Of a DNA stretch of 32,000 nucleotides, positions 18,849-26,889 are shown one piece after another. The notes beneath the pieces are model-generated. The model worked only from the letters and a program-made list of their open reading frames with translations. It did no database searches and was not told the DNA's origin. Positions within the stretch are counted from its first letter, which is position 1. Every line of letters begins with the position of its first letter. Both the position numbers and the translations under genes were made by a program. Origin of the DNA: Prochlorococcus marinus subsp. pastoris str. CCMP1986 (GTDB taxonomy: Bacteria > Cyanobacteriota > Cyanobacteriia > PCC-6307 > Cyanobiaceae); assembly GCF_000011465.1 (NCBI RefSeq), contig NC_005072.1, forward strand, positions 1,170,001 through 1,202,000, in the 5' to 3' direction.

Positions 18849-19453
18849 AAAAATTAGGCTTAGATTTTGATAATACATTAATTGATTATGACGAAGTATT
18901 TTATAAGCTTGCTTTAGAAAAAAACTTAATACCTCAATCTATTAATAAAGATAAAAAATCTGTAAGAAAGTTTTTCATTGATAATAATATCGAAGATGAA
19001 TTCATCAAACTTCAAGGTGAAGTATATGGATTAAAAGTACTTGAGGCCAAGCAATCATTTGGAATGTTTGAAGCATTAAAATCACTAAAAAATGATAATT
19101 TTGAATTGATAATAGTAAGTCATAAAACTAAATATCCTTATTCTGGCAAAAAATATGATCTTCACAAAGCAGCAAGTAATTGGTTAGAAGTGAATAAATT
19201 CTATGATGAAGATGGCTTAGCTATGAAAAGAGAAAATGTATATTTTGAAGTAACAAAAGAAGATAAAATTTCTCGTATTGAAGAGTTAGATATTTCTTTC
19301 TATATTGATGATTTGCAATCCATCTTAGAAATGATAAGACCATCGATTAAAAGAATACTTTATAACCCTAAATTCAAAGAAAAAATTGATAAAGATTTTT
19401 ACTTATTAGAGAATTGGAAAGATTTAAAATACTTAATTGAAGAAATCAGTTAA
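18845..19453 (+). CDS. HAD-superfamily phosphatase-like protein
   Basis: Motif I DxDxT is present (LGLDFDNTLIDY). A motif II-like IIVSHKT and an acidic motif (FYIDDL) follow. An ATGA overlap links it to the upstream gene. Confidence 0.6.
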   Translation: MKKLGLDFDNTLIDYDEVFYKLALEKNLIPQSINKDKKSVRKFFIDNNIEDEFIKLQGEVYGLKVLEAKQSFGMFEALKSLKNDNFELIIVSHKTKYPYSGKKYDLHKAASNWLEVNKFYDEDGLAMKRENVYFEVTKEDKISRIEELDISFYIDDLQSILEMIRPSIKRILYNPKFKEKIDKDFYLLENWKDLKYLIEEIS

Positions 19454-20461
19454 ATGAAAAAACCTTTAATTGATATTAAGTCTTTACTAAAATCAAAGGG
19501 AATATCAATTGAGGATTATTCTGAAATAGGATTTGGCAAAAATAGTAGATCTTTTAGAGTATTTACTAAAAAGCAAATATATTTTTTTAAAATTTATTCT
19601 TCTGATCATAAAGATAAACGAGATAGATTATTAACCGAATTAAATTTCCTAAATTTTTTAAAAGAAAGTAAATTTAATAATACCCCCTTACCAATAGTTT
19701 GGGATTTTAAAGAAAGATGGATATTGTTAAGTTGGATAAATGGAGAAAGATTATCAAATCCATCTAATGATGAATGTCAAACTTTAGTAGATTTTCTTAT
19801 AAATATACAAAGTAATAGAGAATCAGAATTTGCAAAAAAGATTGGGAATGCATCGGAGGCTCAATTTTCAATTAATGATCATATTAATCATGTTCATGAA
19901 AGGTTTAAAAAGGTGGATAATTATTTTTCAATTAATAAAGAAAATAACATCCCGAAAGAAAGTTCGTTTTATGAATTAGAAATTCTTTTTAATAAATTAT
20001 TTCGTAAGTTTGGTGAAAATATTGATAAATCATTTCCTTTTTTTGATTCAAAAAAAGATATATATAAAATCCTTTCCCCATCTGATGTGGGTTTTCATAA
20101 TATATTAATTGATAGAAAAAAATTGTATTTTATTGATTTTGAATATGCCGGATGGGATGATCCATGTAAATTAATTTGTGATTTGGTTTTACAACCTGAC
20201 TATCCAATTCCAAGTAAATATATAGGTACAATAAATAAATTAATATCAAATAAACATTTTCCTAAGGATTCCCTTAATAATTTAGATTTAATGCTAAATA
20301 TTTATCAATCAAAATGGGTTCTAATTATTCTTAATACTATTATTTTTAATAAAGATACTATTACAGAAAATGTCTTCAAAAAATTATCAAGAAAAATCTC
20401 AAAGTACATAGCTAATAGCGAAGCCAAAATTTTCATTACAAAGAAAGCACTTTTTTATTAA
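19454..20461 (+). CDS. APH/choline-kinase-fold small-molecule kinase
   Basis: The catalytic-loop-like SPSDVGFHNILID is followed by YFIDFEYAGWDDPCKLICDL, the Brenner-like and IDFEY motifs of the aminoglycoside/choline/ethanolamine kinase family. The start directly abuts the upstream stop. Confidence 0.7.
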   Translation: MKKPLIDIKSLLKSKGISIEDYSEIGFGKNSRSFRVFTKKQIYFFKIYSSDHKDKRDRLLTELNFLNFLKESKFNNTPLPIVWDFKERWILLSWINGERLSNPSNDECQTLVDFLINIQSNRESEFAKKIGNASEAQFSINDHINHVHERFKKVDNYFSINKENNIPKESSFYELEILFNKLFRKFGENIDKSFPFFDSKKDIYKILSPSDVGFHNILIDRKKLYFIDFEYAGWDDPCKLICDLVLQPDYPIPSKYIGTINKLISNKHFPKDSLNNLDLMLNIYQSKWVLIILNTIIFNKDTITENVFKKLSRKISKYIANSEAKIFITKKALFY

Positions 20462-20492
20462 TAAAATCATTCATTTTAAATATAAATACTAC

Positions 20493-20534
20493 TTTATTGA
20501 TTTCCTAAAAAAAATCAATAAATTTCCATTTTTT
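20493..20534 (+). terminator. candidate intrinsic terminator after the ten-gene operon
   Basis: An 11-bp inverted repeat (TTTATTGATTT, 20493-20503 / AAATCAATAAA, 20512-20522) with an 8-nt loop is followed by TTTCCATTTTTT. It lies about 30 nt past the stop at 20461. The stem is almost all A:T. Confidence 0.4.
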
Positions 20535-20635
20535 AATTAAAGGTTTATTAAAGATAAGAATTAATCTAAAATTTAATTAAATTGATAACAAAGTCATTTT
20601 TTTTTTAATAGTTTCAAATTTTCTTTCAAAATATA

Positions 20636-22420
20636 ATGAGATTAACTGAAGATGGTTTAAATAAAAATCAATCAAATTCATTAAGTTTACTTTCTTCCTT
20701 ATATAAATATCTTAGCTTTAAGAGAAAATTACAAATCTGGATAAATTTACTACTTGCATTATTGAATGCAGCTTTTGAAATATTTTCTATAGGGATTATT
20801 TTCCCATTATTAAATATAGTAATTAATCCTAAAGAAATTGAAACAAATAAATATCTCTCTACAATTTATAATTTTTTTAATTCTTATGGAGAAAATTATT
20901 TTTTATATTTTATTATCATTTCCACACTCTTAATAGTTTCAATATCATTAATAGTCAAATTAACAAACTTAAGATATACAATTAAACTTGCCCAAAATAT
21001 CGGTACAGATTTATGTAAATCAGCTCTAAATTCATATCTTAATAAGTCCTACGTTGAATTAAAAAATACAAACAGTGCTGATATGATTTCAGGGATTAAT
21101 AAGAATATAGAGGGCTCCATAATTGCTCTTGAATCTTTTCTCCAATTAGTTACTTCTACTGTATTAGCAATATCAATTTTTATAGCTTTATTATTAATAA
21201 GTAAAAATATTACATTAATTGCATTTTCTACAATATTGTTAGTTTATTATTTTCTCAGTATATATTCAAAAAATAGGTTAACTAAAAATAGCAATAAAAT
21301 TGTTATCAATGAACCTTTTAGGCAAAAGTATTTACAAGAAAGTTTACAGGGTATAAGGGATGTAATTTTATCTGATTTGCAAGATTTTTTTGTATTTAAT
21401 TTTGGTAAATATGATAGTTACATGAGAGTCTTTACCGCAAGCAACGGATTCATAGTAAATTCGGCTCGATATATTATTGAATATATTGTATTAGTTTTAA
21501 TTTGTCTTATAATAATTTCCTTTTTATTATTAGATAATGTTAATATTAACTCTTTTGCAATTTTAGGTACATTTGCTATAGGGTGTCAAAAGTTACTTCC
21601 TTCATTACAAACTATATTTAGAATGTTATCTAATCTTAGAGGTTTTAAATATCAAATAATAGAAGCCATTAATATTCTCTCAACTAATAAAGATAATAAG
21701 CAAAATATTCATAGAGAAAATATCAAATTTGACAAACATATTTCCCTCAATAAAATTTCATTTAAGTATCCTAATACAGAAAAAATAATATTAAATGATA
21801 TAAATTTTAAATTGAGAAAAGGAGAATGCATAGGGATAAAAGGAACATCCGGTGCCGGTAAAAGCACTTTTGCAGATATTATTATGACTTTATTAACTCC
21901 TAATAGTGGAGAATATTTTGTTGATAATTTCAATATTCTTGAAGGTAATTTAAAAGAGAATATTTTTAAATGGAGAAAATCTATAGCCCATGTTCCACAA
22001 GAAATCTTTATAGCCGATACAACAATTGCAGAGAATATAGCTTTCGGTCTTTCAAAGGGAGAAATTGATTATAAAAAAATAATCTCTTGTTGTAGGCAAT
22101 CTAAGTTATTAGATTTTATAAATTCATTACCAAATCAATTTGAAACTATTGTTGGAGAAAATGGCAGTTTATTAAGTGGAGGCCAAAGACAAAGAATAGC
22201 AATTGCACGAGCATTATATAAAGATGCTCAAATATTAATTCTAGACGAAGCGACAAGTTCTCTTGATAACGAAACTGAAAACTCTGTCATTGAATCAATT
22301 AAGAATATAAAAGGTAAAGTTACTATTATATTTATTACTCATCGATTAAGCACACTAAATATATGTGATAGGATTATTGAATTTAAAAATGGTAAATTAT
22401 TAGAGACTTTAAAAAACTAA
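20636..22420 (+). CDS. ABC exporter, fused transmembrane + ATPase half-transporter (MsbA/PglK-like)
   Basis: The N-terminal region of about 330 aa has roughly six hydrophobic helices. Walker A is GTSGAGKST, the signature is LSGGQRQRIAIARAL, Walker B is ILILDEATSSLD, and the H-loop is ITHRL. Confidence 0.9.
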   Translation: MRLTEDGLNKNQSNSLSLLSSLYKYLSFKRKLQIWINLLLALLNAAFEIFSIGIIFPLLNIVINPKEIETNKYLSTIYNFFNSYGENYFLYFIIISTLLIVSISLIVKLTNLRYTIKLAQNIGTDLCKSALNSYLNKSYVELKNTNSADMISGINKNIEGSIIALESFLQLVTSTVLAISIFIALLLISKNITLIAFSTILLVYYFLSIYSKNRLTKNSNKIVINEPFRQKYLQESLQGIRDVILSDLQDFFVFNFGKYDSYMRVFTASNGFIVNSARYIIEYIVLVLICLIIISFLLLDNVNINSFAILGTFAIGCQKLLPSLQTIFRMLSNLRGFKYQIIEAINILSTNKDNKQNIHRENIKFDKHISLNKISFKYPNTEKIILNDINFKLRKGECIGIKGTSGAGKSTFADIIMTLLTPNSGEYFVDNFNILEGNLKENIFKWRKSIAHVPQEIFIADTTIAENIAFGLSKGEIDYKKIISCCRQSKLLDFINSLPNQFETIVGENGSLLSGGQRQRIAIARALYKDAQILILDEATSSLDNETENSVIESIKNIKGKVTIIFITHRLSTLNICDRIIEFKNGKLLETLKN

Positions 22421-23092
22421 ATGCAAGAAATTGATTTCATGAGTTCTCTTCATAAAAGCACAAAAAGAGATTATTTAAAGCGTGTTAACGACACTGTATA
22501 CCCTAAAGCAAAAGCAGCAGAATTAGCCAAAAAGTTTGATTTCGACTACTGGGATGGAGATAGAAGAATATGTTTTGGAGGATATAAATACATTCCAGGA
22601 AGATGGTCAAATGTAGCAAAAGAAATGATCGATTTCTATAAACTTACAAATAATTCGAAGATTCTTGATATTGGATGTGGCAAGGGATATCTTCTTTACG
22701 AAATATCTTTAATCCTTCCAAATGCCAAATTATATGGATTAGATATTTCCAAATATGCTATCGATAATGCAAAAGAAGAAATTAAAAATAATCTTAAAAT
22801 TGGGAACGCAATAAACCTTCCTTGGGAAGATAATTATTTTGACTTTGTTTATTCACTAAATTCTCTTCATTGTTTACCAGCAAAAGATTTATACAATTCT
22901 TTAATTGAAATGGAAAGGGTAGGTAAAAAAGATAAGTATCTTTGTGTAGAAAGTTTTAGGAATGAAGAAGAAAAAGCTAACCTTCTATATTGGCAAGTAA
23001 CCTGCGAATCATTTCATAATAAAGATTCTTGGCAATGGTGGTTCGAATTAACTGGATATAAAGGAGATTATTCATTTATATATTTTGAATAA
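22421..23092 (+). CDS. class I SAM-dependent methyltransferase
   Basis: SAM motif I is KILDIGCGKGYLL and the post-I acidic residue is in LYGLDIS. The ATG directly follows the ABC gene's stop. Confidence 0.8.
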   Translation: MQEIDFMSSLHKSTKRDYLKRVNDTVYPKAKAAELAKKFDFDYWDGDRRICFGGYKYIPGRWSNVAKEMIDFYKLTNNSKILDIGCGKGYLLYEISLILPNAKLYGLDISKYAIDNAKEEIKNNLKIGNAINLPWEDNYFDFVYSLNSLHCLPAKDLYNSLIEMERVGKKDKYLCVESFRNEEEKANLLYWQVTCESFHNKDSWQWWFELTGYKGDYSFIYFE

Positions 23093-23569
23093 AATTTTAA
23101 TTAATTAGATCTTAAATTTATATTTACAAAATTATTATTTTTCAATGGTCCAAATTGAGTTTATTGGAGCCATAAATATTTAATATAAAATTTTCTTCTA
23201 TAACAAGTAAGTTTCTATTTTATTTCTAATATATGTATCAGAAAAATTGTAAATAAAACTAGAGATGCATATAAAACTAATTAAAAATTACTTTTATTTA
23301 AATTTAAGAACTGCTGTTAAATTTAAAGATAATCTCATTTCGAACGGATACTTATCTTTATTTAAATCAGTTGGGATTATTTATAAAAAAGTTTTATTCG
23401 ATAAAATTTAACATCCAAATATATTTAAAAGTTCGTAACTATTAATATCTAATAACTTTATTATTTGTATTTCTAATTTTCAAAATAAATTTTTATTTTG
23501 CTGTTACATAAAAGAAAGAGAATAATTTAGAATTATAAATTAATTATTTTTCGAACTAGAATATCAATA

Positions 23570-24439
23570 TTGTTTTTTTTATATAATCTTATGTGGCTTT
23601 TAAAAATATTTCTGAAAATAATACTTTCAAGATTACCAATTAAACAAAAAATCTTCCAAAAAATTGGGATCTTTAGAAATGGTGGAATGAATCAAGTTGA
23701 TTACTCTAAAAGAATATTCTTTTGTCATTTAGAAGATTTAAAATCCTTTAAAGACTTTAATGAACCTGTGATATTAGAAATTGGACCGGGTGATGGTATT
23801 GCTACTGCTATTTATTCGAGAGTTTATAATTCACCTAAAGTATATTTAATTGATGTAGAGGAATTTGCTGATACTAATATCTCTAACTATAAAGACATCA
23901 TATTTTCTTTGAAAGATGAAAAAAACTTTCAAAATATTAATTTATCATCACTTAACACTATTTCAGATTTTCTAAAAGAATTTAATACCTCTTACTTAAC
24001 AAATGGTATAGAGAGTTTTAAAAAAATTGAAAATTTTTCAGTAGATTATATTTTTTCGCATTCTGTTATGGAACATATAAGATTATCAACATTAGATGAA
24101 ATGATTGAAGAAATGAATAGAGTTTTAAAAGTAGGTGGTCTAGTGTCACACAACATAAATTACAAAGATCATCTTTCTGATTCATTAAATAATTTGAGAT
24201 TCTCAAAAAGAATTTGGGAATCAAACTTTTTTGCTAATTCTGGATTTTATACAAACAGAGTTCCAGCAGTAGAAATGCATAAAAAATTTGTAGAATCTGG
24301 TTTTGAAATAATTTACCAAAATTTTGGATCATGGGCAAAATTACCTTTAAAAAGAAAATATATTCATAAAGAGTTCAGTAAATATACCGATAAAGAATTA
24401 AATAACTGTACTTCAAATTTTATTGCGAAAAAAAAATAG
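23570..24439 (+). CDS. class I SAM-dependent methyltransferase
   Basis: SAM motif I is ILEIGPGDGIATA, and the DYIFSHSVMEHI / LKVGGLV motifs are typical of Methyltransf_11/23-like proteins. The listed start is TTG. The first ATG is at 23591 (MWLLKIF...), so the true start is uncertain. Confidence 0.75.
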   Translation: MFFLYNLMWLLKIFLKIILSRLPIKQKIFQKIGIFRNGGMNQVDYSKRIFFCHLEDLKSFKDFNEPVILEIGPGDGIATAIYSRVYNSPKVYLIDVEEFADTNISNYKDIIFSLKDEKNFQNINLSSLNTISDFLKEFNTSYLTNGIESFKKIENFSVDYIFSHSVMEHIRLSTLDEMIEEMNRVLKVGGLVSHNINYKDHLSDSLNNLRFSKRIWESNFFANSGFYTNRVPAVEMHKKFVESGFEIIYQNFGSWAKLPLKRKYIHKEFSKYTDKELNNCTSNFIAKKK

Positions 24440-24485
24440 GTTTATAATTTAAATTATTATAATTTTAATTGGTAAAACAAATTTG

Positions 24486-25478
24486 CTATGCAATTTTCTT
24501 CTGCATCAAGAAAGCTCCTATTGTATTTCTTATATGTGGATCAGAAAACTTCCAAATAAAACCATCGATATAAAAATGATATAATTGGAAAATAATTGGG
24601 ATTAAGTAAAATAAATTAAAGGAATTATTAGAATTATTTGCTGAAGTAACACCTATAAATGCAAATATTGTCATTACTAGTGCATAAATTAGAATAAATA
24701 AAAGTCTTGATTTAAACTCAAATGAATTTAATAAATCTTTTATATTTTTATAATTAACACTTGTTTTTCTAAAATAAATTAAACCTATAATTGATATGTA
24801 TTGTATCCAATGCATACCCACACCAACAGCTGTAGCTGTAGACAAATCTTTAAAAAATAAAATCGGAAGATAAATAATAATACCTGTAATTAAAGAAGAA
24901 AAATAATTAATATTTTTAATATATTTTATTTTAGTTGAAAGAAAAACTAAAAATAAATAAAGGAGAAATATGATAACTAGAAAAGAATTAAATATGTACT
25001 TATTTTCCATAAAAAGGTTGTTAAGTATGCCAGGTTTTACTAGTCCAGTAGCAAGGAATCCAAATGAAAAGAAATATATAATTAAACGAAAATTAGTGCC
25101 TGTTTTCTTAGGCAATTTTGAGATACCTATGCTTTGTTTTGTAACATGATATCCTGAGGCCAAATAATGTAGTAAAAGTACAACTTGTGGATTAAAGAAC
25201 CAAATTCCTAAAATAGCAATCCCAATATATATAGGTAAAACAATTAATTTATATAAATTTTGTTTAATCCAATATTTATTTTGAACATCAAAGAAAAATA
25301 ACCATGTTGAGGCAAAATGAGTCTCTGCAAATAAAAATAAACTAAAAACAAAGCATATTGAGGCAAGTGAAGGGACATTAGTTACTGTCAATAAATAAAT
25401 GATTGGGAACCAAAGAGGTAAATAAATTAATGATAAATCAAATCTATTATTTAATATCTGCTGAGAGCTGGAAGACAT
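24486..25478 (-). CDS. polytopic integral membrane protein of unknown function with four His-containing motifs
   Basis: The protein has about 9-10 hydrophobic helices. The motifs are AETHFASTW, ASGYHVTKQS, VGMHWIQY and LYHFYIDGFIWKF. I recognise no family. Confidence 0.7.
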   Translation of the reverse strand: MSSSSQQILNNRFDLSLIYLPLWFPIIYLLTVTNVPSLASICFVFSLFLFAETHFASTWLFFFDVQNKYWIKQNLYKLIVLPIYIGIAILGIWFFNPQVVLLLHYLASGYHVTKQSIGISKLPKKTGTNFRLIIYFFSFGFLATGLVKPGILNNLFMENKYIFNSFLVIIFLLYLFLVFLSTKIKYIKNINYFSSLITGIIIYLPILFFKDLSTATAVGVGMHWIQYISIIGLIYFRKTSVNYKNIKDLLNSFEFKSRLLFILIYALVMTIFAFIGVTSANNSNNSFNLFYLIPIIFQLYHFYIDGFIWKFSDPHIRNTIGAFLMQKKIA

Positions 25479-25493
25479 CTTAAGAAAAACTGA

Positions 25494-26339
25494 TTATTCT
25501 TTCTGGGCACATACTGTAAAATAACCAGGACTAAATTCTAATTTATTAATATTTTTTTCGTAAGATGATGACTCTAGTGATTTTTCGAGATCAAAAAGAT
25601 CACTACTCTTAGAATTTGAAATATCTTTATAATTGTTTATGCTTGTCGAAACTACTTTAAAATTAATCTCTTTTATCCAACCTAAAAGCTCTTCATAAGT
25701 ATGTTGAGTCTCGTGAGGATGCAATACTTGATCCCTAAACCAAGAATATGAATGACTATCATCATTCATACTTTTATTCATTTTCTTAAATAATTTATAA
25801 GCTGATTGTTCCCCATGCCAATTAGAGTATGATTGTAAGAATTGAAGCATTGGTTTTCGCCCATACAAATGGTACAAACCAACATACAAGTACCCTCCTG
25901 GTTTTACGAATTTAGAGATTTTAGTAAAAGCTTTTTTGCAATCAAAAGTGTGATGAAGCACACCTAAACTTATAACTAAATCATAATTATTATTATCTTC
26001 ATATTCGAATATGTTGCAATGATTGAAATTAGCAGATTTATTTAGTTTTTTTGAAACATTTTTAGCAACTTCAATAGCCTTCTCAGTAAAGTCTACAGAA
26101 GTAAGATTTTTGTTATAGTAATACATCAAAGAATTAGTAAGCCAACCAGTGCCACAACCAAATTCAATAACATCCTTAATTAACTTACCCTTAAAGAGTG
26201 ATTTATTTTTTATTAATAGTTTATGAAGATCTTTATATTCCAATACCTGATTAGAATTTTTTATATTTTTTAAATAGAAATCTATATCACTTGTAAAATT
26301 GAAAGGGATATCCTTATAGAAATTTACAACATCTTTCAT
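25494..26339 (-). CDS. class I SAM-dependent methyltransferase
   Basis: SAM motif I is VIEFGCGTGWLTN, followed by DLVISLGVLHH and VKPGGYLYV. Confidence 0.8.
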   Translation of the reverse strand: MKDVVNFYKDIPFNFTSDIDFYLKNIKNSNQVLEYKDLHKLLIKNKSLFKGKLIKDVIEFGCGTGWLTNSLMYYYNKNLTSVDFTEKAIEVAKNVSKKLNKSANFNHCNIFEYEDNNNYDLVISLGVLHHTFDCKKAFTKISKFVKPGGYLYVGLYHLYGRKPMLQFLQSYSNWHGEQSAYKLFKKMNKSMNDDSHSYSWFRDQVLHPHETQHTYEELLGWIKEINFKVVSTSINNYKDISNSKSSDLFDLEKSLESSSYEKNINKLEFSPGYFTVCAQKE

Positions 26340-26345
26340 CGTTTT

Positions 26346-26504
26346 CTAAAAAAGTGTATAAATGAAAGGTGCAACTATTGAACCTTGTGCAGTAATTAAT
26401 ATGACAGCAATCGCAACTAATATTATTGCAAAAGGAACCAACCAATATTTTTTTCTTACTTTCGCGTAGGCCCAAATTTGTTTAAAAATTAAAAAGAATT
26501 TCAT
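26346..26504 (-). CDS. 52-aa single-TM protein, SxtK-like/DUF5989-like (not in the supplied ORF track)
   Basis: My manual translation of the minus strand gives MKFFLIFKQIWAYAKVRKKYWLVPFAIILVAIAVILITAQGSIVAPFIYTLF*. Its ATG overlaps the upstream gene's stop by 1 nt (TAATG at 26506-26502), and its TAG stop is 7 nt before the next ATG. The basic patch followed by one TM helix and the position downstream of a carbamoyltransferase and an SxtJ-like gene match the conserved small partner protein. Confidence 0.65.
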   Translation of the reverse strand: MKFFLIFKQIWAYAKVRKKYWLVPFAIILVAIAVILITAQGSIVAPFIYTLF

Positions 26505-26884
26505 TAGTATTGATCTGTAAAATTTAAATCTGTTGAAGGAATATTAACACTATTTGTTTGTTTTCTAGTTCGTATTTTAAAAATCATTTTAATTAAATTT
26601 CTTAATATTGAAAATGGTGTAATCATAAAATAAAAGAATAGGCCTAATATTAATTTACTATTTAACCTACCTAAAATATTACCAAGCCTAATCCAAAACG
26701 AGTAAGGTCTTCTAAGTTTGTAAGGGGAAAAGATACTAATAGTAGTTATTAATAAAGAGAAAAACAAAGGGAAGACCTTCATTTGTTGATGTAATAAATA
26801 TGGAATAATTGAAAAAACTATAATAAAAAGTATCGAGAATAAAATTCCTGACTTTCGTAAATGAGACTTACTTGGATATTCCAT
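26504..26884 (-). CDS. SxtJ-family small membrane protein
   Basis: Two N-terminal TM helices are followed by PYKLRRPYSFWIRLGNILGRLNSKLILGLFFYFMITPFSILRNLI, which resembles the conserved core of SxtJ-like proteins. The start is 6 nt downstream of the carbamoyltransferase stop. Confidence 0.65.
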   Translation of the reverse strand: MEYPSKSHLRKSGILFSILFIIVFSIIPYLLHQQMKVFPLFFSLLITTISIFSPYKLRRPYSFWIRLGNILGRLNSKLILGLFFYFMITPFSILRNLIKMIFKIRTRKQTNSVNIPSTDLNFTDQY

Positions 26885-26889
26885 GTATT

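Noticed and set aside
16069..20461. A phosphonate (2-AEP/2-HEP) biosynthesis cassette, suggested by a ThDP enzyme plus an ADH.
   Set aside because: No PEP mutase-like gene is present. The ThDP proteins carry transketolase/E1 motifs rather than a phosphonopyruvate decarboxylase layout, so the hypothesis has no anchor gene.
24440..24485. The AT-only palindrome ATAATTTAAATTAT between the convergent genes, considered as a bidirectional terminator.
   Set aside because: The stem is pure A/T and low-complexity, with no flanking T-run on either strand. It is indistinguishable from background in this composition.
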